Shown one piece after another: positions 8,318 through 15,889 of a DNA stretch of 32,000 bases (position 1 is the first letter of the stretch; every line of letters begins with the position of its first letter). Source of the stretch: Nostoc sp. PCC 7120 = FACHB-418. GTDB taxonomy: Bacteria; Cyanobacteriota; Cyanobacteriia; Cyanobacteriales; Nostocaceae. Location: NCBI RefSeq assembly GCF_000009705.1, contig NC_003272.1:3450001-3482000 (forward strand), written 5' to 3'. The translations under genes were made by a program, and so were the position numbers. Under the pieces are notes generated by a model. That model had not been told where the DNA came from, did not search any database, and worked only from the letters and a program-made list of their open reading frames with translations.

Positions 8318-8349
8318 GATCCCCGACTTCTCTAAGAAGTCGGAGATCT
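8318..8349. repeat. Stable hairpin repeat (GATCCCCGACTTC...GAAGTCGGAGATC) between two GT genes
   Basis: The arms are agatccccgacttc (8318-8330 region) and gaagtcggagatct (8336-8349), with one mismatch and a 5-nt loop. On the + strand it is followed by an A-run, not a T-run, so it is not a canonical terminator for this operon. Confidence 0.5.
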
Positions 8350-8378
8350 AAAAAACTAACTAAAGAGGTATAAATAAA

Positions 8379-9266
8379 ATGCGGCTATCGGCTTGCATCA
8401 CAACTAGAAATCGCCCTGAGGATTTGGAAAATTGCTTGCGATCGCTGTGGGATTCCCAGACCAAACCACACTCGGTCATTGTGTCTGATGACTCGCCAAG
8501 TATGGAGATGCAGCAGCAAAATCAAAAGATTGTTGAACAATATCCCCAGACAATTTATATTACAGGCCCCCGAATTGGTGTTTGTGCTAACCGCAACAAT
8601 GCAGTTAACGCCATCCCCGCATCAGAAACAGACTTGATTGCTTTTATTGATGATGATATTTGTGTTGAACCAGAGTTTATTGGTAGTGCGATCGCCCAAT
8701 ACTCAAAAATGTCACCAGAACAAAGTCAGCACACCATTCTTTCTGGCATTAGCTACACTACCGATGGATATGTGATGGCTCCGGGAAAGTTATCTTTTCG
8801 CGGATATTTCCGTGCTAGTGATGTTCCCGAAACTATAGCTATTCATGCCTCTATTTTCCCCCGTCAGTTTTTTGAGCAGGAACAGTGGGATGAAAATATA
8901 TTTTTTGGTTATGAAGATGCAGAACTTTGTTTACGGGCATTGAAACGGGGTTATAAGATTTTAAATTGTCCAGAATTACGCGCCCTCAATGCTGGAGGTA
9001 ATGGTAAAAGTTCCTTGATGGAATCGGATATCGGCAAACTCACTAAATACGAAATTTCTATAGAAGCGGCTAGGCTCTACATCGGGATTAAACGTTACAA
9101 AGATTTATTCCCTAATGTCTTAAAACTCATAGGTTTTTGCTTTGTATACTTCCTGCACATGACTGCTTACCTCTGCAAGCGAGGTTCCCTACAAGCCTGG
9201 CCAGAAATTATTCGCCGTTCTCATATCCAAAAATTATGGCAGCCGTCCCAGTTGAATTGGGGATGA
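8379..9266 (+). CDS. Glycosyltransferase family 2
   Basis: It has LSACITTRNRPEDLENCLRSL, VIVSDDS and FIDDDI (DxD). An SD-like aagagg lies 10 nt upstream of the ATG. Confidence 0.8.
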   Translation: MRLSACITTRNRPEDLENCLRSLWDSQTKPHSVIVSDDSPSMEMQQQNQKIVEQYPQTIYITGPRIGVCANRNNAVNAIPASETDLIAFIDDDICVEPEFIGSAIAQYSKMSPEQSQHTILSGISYTTDGYVMAPGKLSFRGYFRASDVPETIAIHASIFPRQFFEQEQWDENIFFGYEDAELCLRALKRGYKILNCPELRALNAGGNGKSSLMESDIGKLTKYEISIEAARLYIGIKRYKDLFPNVLKLIGFCFVYFLHMTAYLCKRGSLQAWPEIIRRSHIQKLWQPSQLNWG

Positions 9267-9271
9267 GAAGA

Positions 9272-9398
9272 GGCAGGGGGGCAGGGGGCAGGTGTAGGTT
9301 TTTAATCAAGTGATGAGTGATGACTATCGCACTAACAAAAAAATAGTAGTTTTATCCCCTAAACCCCTACACCCTTATACCCCTAAACCCCTACACCC
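9272..9398. repeat. Strand-asymmetric G-run / C-run repeat element
   Basis: The left arm is ggcaggggggcagggggcaggtgtagg (9272-9298). The right arm is cccctaaacccctacacccttatacccctaaacccctacaccc (9356-9398). The two are partly complementary (ggtgtagg / cctacacc). Confidence 0.6.
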
Positions 9399-9431
9399 AT
9401 CAGGGGTAGAAACTTAGAGGATATTTATATT

Positions 9432-10577
9432 GTGAGACTAGGTATTGTTACACATAATGTGATTAAAGGTGATGGTCAAGGACGGGTTAATTATGAAATT
9501 GCCCAAGAAGCAATTCGTCGTGGTCATCGTGTCATTTTGTTAGCTAGTCAAGTAGCTCCAGAATTACAACAGAGTGAGCAAGTTAATTGGGTTGCTATTT
9601 CTGTTAAGCAATGGCCTACAGAATTACTCCGCAACTTGATTTTCGCTTTCATCAGTGCCAATTGGTTGCACAAACACCGTTCTCAAGTTGATTTAGTCAA
9701 AATTAATGGGGCAATTACTCATGCCTCTGGTGATGTGAATGCGGTGCATTTTGTCCATAGTTCTTGGTTGAATTTTTCCTCTAGCAAGGCTCAGTCAAAT
9801 TCAGCTAAAACTACACGATCGCGCAGGATTTTTTATAATTTTTACCAGTGGTTGTACACCGTTTTAAATGCACGTTGGGAAAAAAAGGCTTTTCGTCGCG
9901 CACGCGTGGTAGTGGCTGTTTCTAGTCGGGTGGCTGAGGATTTGCAAGCCATCGGTGTAGCACCAGAAAGGATTCGGGTAATTGTTAATGGTGTGGATTT
10001 GCAGGAATTTTCACCGGGAAATAATCAGCGTTCACGGTGGGGATTACCGGCAGGAGTTCCTTTAGCTCTATTTGCTGGTGATATTAGAATCTCCCGTAAG
10101 AACTTGGATACAGTCCTGAAAGCTTTAGTTAATGTGCCAGATTTACATCTAGCAGTTGCGGGAATTACGGAAGGAAGTCCATATCTTCAGTTAGCGCAAT
10201 CCCTGGGATTGGATGAAAGAGTACATTTTTTAGGACTGCGGCGGGATGTTCCCGAACTGATGAAAGCCGTAGATTTTTTCGTGTTCCCTTCACGTTATGA
10301 GCCTTTCGGCTTGGTGGTGATTGAAGCGATGGCTTCTGGTTTACCTGTGATTACTGCTAGTTCCACAGGTGCAGCAGATTTGTTAACGCCGGAATCTGGA
10401 ATAGTTTTAGCGGATTCAGACGATGTAGAAGCTTTGGCGCAAGCGTTGTCTTTATTAGCAAGCGATCGCACTTTAAGAGAACAAATGGGACAAGTTGCCC
10501 GCACCATAGCCGAGCAACACAGTTGGACAAATATGGCACAGCGTTATATAGATTTATTCGAGGAGTTGCACCAGTAA
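9432..10577 (+). CDS. Glycosyltransferase family 4 (group 1, GT-B fold)
   Basis: It has a GTG start and the C-terminal GT-B signature FVFPSRYEPFGLVVIEAMASGLPVI. Confidence 0.85.
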   Translation: MRLGIVTHNVIKGDGQGRVNYEIAQEAIRRGHRVILLASQVAPELQQSEQVNWVAISVKQWPTELLRNLIFAFISANWLHKHRSQVDLVKINGAITHASGDVNAVHFVHSSWLNFSSSKAQSNSAKTTRSRRIFYNFYQWLYTVLNARWEKKAFRRARVVVAVSSRVAEDLQAIGVAPERIRVIVNGVDLQEFSPGNNQRSRWGLPAGVPLALFAGDIRISRKNLDTVLKALVNVPDLHLAVAGITEGSPYLQLAQSLGLDERVHFLGLRRDVPELMKAVDFFVFPSRYEPFGLVVIEAMASGLPVITASSTGAADLLTPESGIVLADSDDVEALAQALSLLASDRTLREQMGQVARTIAEQHSWTNMAQRYIDLFEELHQ

Positions 10578-11524
10578 TGAAAATTACAGTCATTGTGCCT
10601 ACTTACCGCCGTACCAAAGACCTAACACGCTGCTTGGAGTCATTAGAAAAGCAATCTCGACCAGCCGATGAGGTATTGGTGGTAGTCCGAGATACTGATG
10701 TGGAGACTTGGCAATTTCTGGAAACCATCGCGCCTCACTCTTTACCCTTACACACGACAACGGTACGCGTTCCTGGTGTAGTCGCAGCGATGAATGCAGG
10801 ATTAGATATAGCCCAAGGAGATATCATTGCTTTTACAGATGATGATGCAGCTCCCCACAGTAATTGGTTAGCGCAAATTGAAACCCACTTTCTCGCCCAT
10901 GAACAGATTGCCGGTGTTGGTGGACGGGATTGGGTATATCATGGCGATCGCCTAGAAGATGGTACTTGCCCAGTAGTTGGTCAGGTTCATTGGTTTGGCC
11001 GAGTGATTGGTAATCACCATATAGGTATAGGAAAACCCCGCGAGGTCGATGTTCTCAAGGGAGTTAATATGAGCTTTCGGCGATCGGCTGTCCACGGATT
11101 ACGTTTTGATCAACGAATGCTCGGTACAGGCGCACAGGTTCACTTCGAGGTAGCCTTTTGTCTAGCCTTAAAGCGGGCTGGTTGGAAGCTCATCTACGAC
11201 CCCCAAATCGGAGTAAACCATTATCCGGCGCAGCGATTTGATGAAGACCAGCGTCAAAGCTTCAATCATCTGGCTGTAACTAATGCCGTCCACAACGAAA
11301 CATTAGCCTTATTAGAACACCTATCACCAACTCAACAATTAACATTTCTGCTTTGGGCAACCTTGGTGGGTACTAGAGACTCTATGGGTTTGATTCAATT
11401 TTTACGCTTTTTACCGAGCGATCGCGCCTTAGCAGGGCAAAAGTTATTAGCAGCTTGGTATGGTCGCTGGCGCGGTTGGCGAACCTGGCAAAGTTCAATT
11501 CGCTTTGCTCAAATTAAAAATTAA
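10577..11524 (+). CDS. Glycosyltransferase family 2
   Basis: I place the start at ATG 10577 (MKITVIVPTYRRTKDLTRCLESL), which overlaps the upstream TAA as TAATG. The track's 18-codon extension from 10523 lies inside the preceding gene. It also has FTDDDA (DxD). Confidence 0.8.
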   Translation: MKITVIVPTYRRTKDLTRCLESLEKQSRPADEVLVVVRDTDVETWQFLETIAPHSLPLHTTTVRVPGVVAAMNAGLDIAQGDIIAFTDDDAAPHSNWLAQIETHFLAHEQIAGVGGRDWVYHGDRLEDGTCPVVGQVHWFGRVIGNHHIGIGKPREVDVLKGVNMSFRRSAVHGLRFDQRMLGTGAQVHFEVAFCLALKRAGWKLIYDPQIGVNHYPAQRFDEDQRQSFNHLAVTNAVHNETLALLEHLSPTQQLTFLLWATLVGTRDSMGLIQFLRFLPSDRALAGQKLLAAWYGRWRGWRTWQSSIRFAQIKN

Positions 11525-11548
11525 AAATTAAAAAGTTGGGAGTAGGAA

Positions 11549-12973
11549 GTGAATCATATTCTTACAGATAGTTCTTCTACCACAGACTTGGGTTTTGGCA
11601 AACAACCACTGTTGGCTTGGCTAGCAATATTATCTCTAGTCTTGTTTTCAGCCGTGTGTATTTTTGGTGGTGCAGCTGGCATTCTCCGTACAGCTTATGT
11701 AATTCTGTCCTTCGCTGTCGGTGCTTTCTTATATGTGCGATACCCCGTACTTTATACAGGTTTTGCGTGGTGGATCTGGTTTGTTACACCATTTGTAGCT
11801 CGTGTAGTTGATTATAAAAGTGGTTGGGACCCCACACGTTTTATGTTGGTGTCACAATACTTGGTGACACTATTAACATTACATACCTTCCTCAAAGAGC
11901 TACCAAAATCCTTGCGCCAAGGTAGTTTACCCTTTGTTCTGGCTTTTCTAGGTGTGTTTTATGGCTTTCTCATAGGCATGATTAAAACATCACCCTTCAC
12001 GGCGGCGAGGGGGCTTCTAGATTGGTTAACGCCAATCACCTTTGCTTTTTATCTATTTGTCCACTGGCGTGATTATCCCTTGTATCGCCGCACTATTGAG
12101 CGCACCTTTACCTGGGGTGTTTTGGTGACAGGAATCTATGGAATTGTGCAGTTTCTTAACCCTCCTGAATGGGATTTATTTTGGTTAACCAGTACAAAAT
12201 TAACTAGCATGGGTGATCCTGAACCTCTGAAACTGCGTATTTGGAGTACAATGGCATCCCCCGCACCTTATGCAGCCATGATGATGGCTGGCTTGTTGTT
12301 ATTATTTACCAATAAAAGTTTTATTCGCCTTCCTGCTTCGGCGGCTGGTTATTTGGCTTTCCTACTGACAACAGTACGCACCTTGTGGGCAGGATGGTTA
12401 ATAGCTTTTCTAACTTTTTTAACTTCACTAAAGACACGTTTACAACTACGCCTATTTATTACTATTTTGATTATGGCGTTATGTGTCATTCCTTTAACAC
12501 AAATAGAGCAATTTTCTAAACCCATCACCACTCGCTTTGAGACATTTTCTAATCTTGAGGATGATGATAGTGCGAGGGTCAGACAGAAAATCTATGAAGA
12601 TGGTCTTAATAGTGCTTTAACTAATGCTTTGGGTAATGGAGTAGGCAACACTTTTATTGTGAATGAAAAAGGCGTATTAGAACCGATTGTAGTCGATAGT
12701 GGCATTCTGGATATGTTTTTCACATTGGGTTGGTTTGGTGGTGTATTCTACTTACTGGCATTATTTATGGTGTTTAGCCAAGCATTCCAATATTCAGAGT
12801 ATAGTTTTGACTCTTTCATGGCTGCCGCTAGAGCTATTAGTCTGGGTATGTTATCAACATTATTGGGTAATAGTGGGATGTTGGGGATGCCGGGTATGGT
12901 TCTTTGGAGCTTTGTAGCTATGGCTATGGCGGGGCATAAATATCACGCACAGCAAAGAATTAGGCATCACTAG
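11549..12973 (+). CDS. Wzy / O-antigen-ligase-like polytopic membrane protein (putative polysaccharide polymerase)
   Basis: It is 474 aa with about 10-12 hydrophobic segments and a larger hydrophilic loop near residues 330-375, and it is the last gene of a GT operon. It has a GTG start preceded by ggagtaggaa. The family call rests on architecture and context only. Confidence 0.6.
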   Translation: MNHILTDSSSTTDLGFGKQPLLAWLAILSLVLFSAVCIFGGAAGILRTAYVILSFAVGAFLYVRYPVLYTGFAWWIWFVTPFVARVVDYKSGWDPTRFMLVSQYLVTLLTLHTFLKELPKSLRQGSLPFVLAFLGVFYGFLIGMIKTSPFTAARGLLDWLTPITFAFYLFVHWRDYPLYRRTIERTFTWGVLVTGIYGIVQFLNPPEWDLFWLTSTKLTSMGDPEPLKLRIWSTMASPAPYAAMMMAGLLLLFTNKSFIRLPASAAGYLAFLLTTVRTLWAGWLIAFLTFLTSLKTRLQLRLFITILIMALCVIPLTQIEQFSKPITTRFETFSNLEDDDSARVRQKIYEDGLNSALTNALGNGVGNTFIVNEKGVLEPIVVDSGILDMFFTLGWFGGVFYLLALFMVFSQAFQYSEYSFDSFMAAARAISLGMLSTLLGNSGMLGMPGMVLWSFVAMAMAGHKYHAQQRIRHH

Positions 12974-12985
12974 TAGTTCACCAAC

Positions 12986-13051
12986 CAAAAATTGCTAGGC
13001 TAAGGCAAGCAGGGGGAGAAAGCGATTTTTTTGCTGCTATTAACCTAGCAA
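12986..13051 (-). terminator. Putative terminator for the PEP-CTERM/phoA transcription unit, possibly acting in both directions
   Basis: The stem is ttgctagg (12992-12999) / cctagcaa (13044-13051) with an inner stem agcag/ctgct. On the - strand it is followed by TTTTT (12986-12990). It lies between convergent genes. Confidence 0.4.
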
Positions 13052-13132
13052 AGTTGACTTGCCATACTAATAGTACAGGTCGGCGGAAATAATTCGGTTG
13101 TGGACTCTTAAAAACAGAACTGAAAAATTAGC

Positions 13133-13627
13133 TCAAGCTTTTGTGTTGGCTTTTTTGAAAGATAGGGTTTTTCTACCCGCTAACAAGCCGAGTCCAATCA
13201 CAGATAAACCAAAGATGGAACCTGGTTCAGGGACAGTACTGTAAGTAACAGACTCTACAGTGTTCGCATCAATAAAACTATCTGTGACGACTGAGAATTG
13301 AGGTACGACGAAATTCAATCCCAAGAATTGTCCATTCACAATTCTGCCTGAAAAATCAGTAAAAACAGACGCAAGAGAATCATCTGCTTCAGTGAATATC
13401 TGACCATTATATTCAGCAAAAATCTTTAAACCTTCGGCAATTGTAGCTTGTTGATCATCTGCTACTGCGGCTAAATCGAAAGAGAAAGAGCCAGTCAGAG
13501 TATTGCTAGTATTAGAGAAATTGTATGTGATATTGGCCGCTTGAGCAGGCAGAGTTTCCCCTATGGTAAACATTAAAGTAGTTCCTACTGTTACACCTGC
13601 TACTTTTTTGAGGATAGAGCTAGTCAT
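13133..13627 (-). CDS. PEP-CTERM sorting-domain secreted protein
   Basis: The C-terminus is VPEPGSIFGLSVIGLGLLAGRKTLSFKK, i.e. a PEP motif, a TM segment and a basic tail. The N-terminal signal peptide is MTSSILKKVAGVTVGTTLMFTIGETLPAQA. I chose the start at 13627 (aaggaaaaaaATG) over the track's 13675. Confidence 0.8.
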   Translation of the reverse strand: MTSSILKKVAGVTVGTTLMFTIGETLPAQAANITYNFSNTSNTLTGSFSFDLAAVADDQQATIAEGLKIFAEYNGQIFTEADDSLASVFTDFSGRIVNGQFLGLNFVVPQFSVVTDSFIDANTVESVTYSTVPEPGSIFGLSVIGLGLLAGRKTLSFKKANTKA

Positions 13628-13674
13628 TTTTTTCCTTGATTTACAGAATATATATGAGCTATGTAAACTCTCCA

Positions 13675-15633
13675 CTAGAGTGGTGGCTGAGTTAATGCAG
13701 CTTTCATGGCTTGGAAGATGTGGCTTTGATCAACAACACTGCGAATACCAGATGCAGTGTAGGAACCAGAACTATCTGTGAACTGCACCGGTTGACCAAA
13801 ATATCTCACGAGGTTGGAAGAATAAGCACCTTGGAAATAAACAGGGACAGGTCTTCGGCTGTGACTTCCCCAGAGGTATTTCTGAGTGGGATCAGAACCC
13901 CAGAAGTGTCCCGCATCTTGAGGGTTGTGCTTGTTGTAAGTAATTTCTTTGGCGTTATACTTCAAGCCTCTGGATTGATTGGGGTGGGGATTAGGAGTCA
14001 GCTTAGAAACAAAGTCATTATTTAGAGTCAAATAATGGTCATGGTCAGCTGTCACGATTAACAGGTTCTTACTCCAACCACCATTTTTGTTAATCCAACT
14101 GATCACCTCTTGGACTGCTTTATCAAAGTCATTCATGGTTCCAATCAGGTTATCCATGTTGTCATCATGAGCAGACCAGTCAATATCACCACCCTCAATC
14201 ATTAACCAAAAGCCATCTTTGTCTTTACCTAAGACATTGAGAGCAGCCTTGCTTAAATCAGCCAAGGTAGGGTTTTCGTTAATTTCTCTGGCGATGAAAC
14301 TAGCATCGGTTTCACCGGGAGCGAGGGGACGGACTCTATCAGGTGTGGGGCCAGTCACAGGATTACCATTGCCATCCAGCACGGGTACACACTCACTGAT
14401 AGAGCCAGGAATGATTTGTCCTGATGGGCAAGTAGCGGGGGTTCCACCTCTCACAACAGTGCTATAGACAGAGAAGTTATCTAAACCTGTGGTGCTGTAG
14501 TCTCCCTTGGAAGAACTTAGAGGAATATTACCGTTTTGTCCACGAGCGCCGTATAGACCCAAGAGTTTATCGCCTCTATTGGGATCAATTTGAGCTGCTG
14601 TGTTTAGTAATGTTTGAGTAGCATTAGGCCCACGCTCCAAGAAGGTATAACCATAACGGTTAGATGTGGGAGTGGGGTTATTTTTGAGATGTTCGTAAGT
14701 GTCTTGGGTGATGAAGGTGTAGTTATTAACTGGGCCTGTCGCGCCTCTATTTTGCATATCGAGAGGATGACCACCACCTAACAATATGTTGGGCTGAAAG
14801 TCTAGCAACATCTGTTGTAAGATGCTGTCTTGGTTGGTCTTGGTAGGGTCATAAACACTGTCGTACTTGCTACGACGGTTGACGTAAGAAGCCGCAGCCC
14901 CTGGTGTAGCGTGGGTGATGGGTACAGAAGTTACTAGCCCTGTAGCTTTGCCCTCTTCTTTAGCAATTTCTAGGATAGTTTTTAACTTCTGCTCGTAAAT
15001 ATCTACCCCCATTGCGTTGTTATAGCTCTTAACACCTGTGTATAGAGTTGTAGCGGTGTTTGCAGAGTCGGGATAGCTATATTTGATGTACTCTTTATCG
15101 TAGTTACCAGGATTAGCGGGAGATAGAGGTATCCAAGGTACAGGGCCGCCTTTGCTGGGGTCATAACCAGCCAAGTTACCGGGTGCTGGACTGTTACCAT
15201 CAGCGCGATCGCCTGGGTTAAAAGGAGCAGGTGAGAATGAGAAGTTGGGACGCACAGGACTTGCGCCAGTTAATGGATTGCTTCCATCTAGAGCCGAGTT
15301 ATTGGCTGAACGTGTCTCATTATCTGGATTAGTTGATGTACTACCTTGGACTGTTGTCCCGTAGGTTGTCACAATTCCATATCCAGTTAGCTTTTGAAAG
15401 CTCAGACCAGAACCTTTCCCACTGGTATAGAAGGGAGCGCCTTTAGCTACGGCTGCGGCTCTGGCCATTTCCCAACCCATCCCATCACCAATCATGATGA
15501 TGACGTTAATTCCATTACCAGCCGCTAGGGCAGATTCAACGCCTGGTGTGCCAAACACTAGCCCCATAGTGCAGAAAAAACAAGCCATAGCAAAGCTGAA
15601 CGCTCGCCGACATCTTTCCAAAAGTGAAATCAT
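13675..15633 (-). CDS. phoA: Alkaline phosphatase, PhoA family, with large insertions
   Basis: It has a signal peptide, the metal-site motif IGDGMG, the nucleophile motif YPDSANTATTLYTGVKSYNNAMGV (cf. E. coli DSAASATAWSTGVKTYNGALGV), TADHDH, and a C-terminus IFQAMKAAL (cf. E. coli LFYTMKAAL). Confidence 0.85.
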   Translation of the reverse strand: MISLLERCRRAFSFAMACFFCTMGLVFGTPGVESALAAGNGINVIIMIGDGMGWEMARAAAVAKGAPFYTSGKGSGLSFQKLTGYGIVTTYGTTVQGSTSTNPDNETRSANNSALDGSNPLTGASPVRPNFSFSPAPFNPGDRADGNSPAPGNLAGYDPSKGGPVPWIPLSPANPGNYDKEYIKYSYPDSANTATTLYTGVKSYNNAMGVDIYEQKLKTILEIAKEEGKATGLVTSVPITHATPGAAASYVNRRSKYDSVYDPTKTNQDSILQQMLLDFQPNILLGGGHPLDMQNRGATGPVNNYTFITQDTYEHLKNNPTPTSNRYGYTFLERGPNATQTLLNTAAQIDPNRGDKLLGLYGARGQNGNIPLSSSKGDYSTTGLDNFSVYSTVVRGGTPATCPSGQIIPGSISECVPVLDGNGNPVTGPTPDRVRPLAPGETDASFIAREINENPTLADLSKAALNVLGKDKDGFWLMIEGGDIDWSAHDDNMDNLIGTMNDFDKAVQEVISWINKNGGWSKNLLIVTADHDHYLTLNNDFVSKLTPNPHPNQSRGLKYNAKEITYNKHNPQDAGHFWGSDPTQKYLWGSHSRRPVPVYFQGAYSSNLVRYFGQPVQFTDSSGSYTASGIRSVVDQSHIFQAMKAALTQPPL

Positions 15634-15647
15634 TGCAGTGCGCCTTG

Positions 15648-15687
15648 CAGTTAATTAAGTAAGTGTGAGTTAACTTGTGAGTTAACT
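15648..15687 (-). promoter_or_regulatory. Tandem 12-mer direct repeats with TTAA cores upstream of phoA (Pho-box-like?)
   Basis: On the + strand TGTGAGTTAACT occurs twice (15664-15675 and 15676-15687), next to cagttaattaagtaag. On the - strand this reads AGTTAACTCACA AGTTAACTCACA CTTACTTAATTAAC. It only loosely resembles the cyanobacterial Pho box PyTTAAPyPy(T/A), and the spacing is 12 nt, not 11. Confidence 0.3.
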
Positions 15688-15889
15688 ATTGATAAAAATT
15701 TGGTTCTGTGTGACTAGCGAAAAAGTCTGGATAGCCAGAAACATTTTGTTGAGTCACAGCAGGAAAATTATTTCCACGAACTACGGCTGGTTGTTTTTCG
15801 GAAATTCCCCAGGACAGGAAAATTACTGCCACTAAACCAGACACAAACCAAGCTAAAAAACGTTTATGACGTTTGAGTAAGGAAATCAT
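15686..15889 (-). CDS. Small single-pass membrane protein (67 aa), translationally coupled to the CDF gene
   Basis: The ATG at 15889 overlaps the CDF stop codon as ATGA. The sequence is MISLLKRHKRFLAWFVSGLVAVIFLSWG..., a basic N-terminus followed by one TM. The track's longer version (to 15970) overlaps the CDF gene. I recognise no family. Confidence 0.45.
   Translation of the reverse strand: MISLLKRHKRFLAWFVSGLVAVIFLSWGISEKQPAVVRGNNFPAVTQQNVSGYPDFFASHTEPNFYQ

Noticed and set aside
10295-10593. These are minus-strand ORFs (10295-10507, 10357-10593), together with the 18-codon 5' extension of the fifth GT (10523-10576).
   Set aside because: They overlap the GT4 gene. The GT2 fold begins at MKITVIVPTY, and a TAATG stop/start overlap is a more parsimonious start.
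11617-12917. These are alternative-frame ORFs inside the Wzy-like gene (11617-11811, 12349-12531, 12699-12917).
   Set aside because: They are Cys/Trp-rich translations of a hydrophobic-protein gene read out of frame.
13563-15200. These are plus-strand ORFs opposite the PEP-CTERM and phoA genes (13563-13781, 13711-14025, 14219-14467), and the alternative-frame minus ORF 15003-15200.
   Set aside because: They are shadow ORFs of a well-supported alkaline phosphatase gene.
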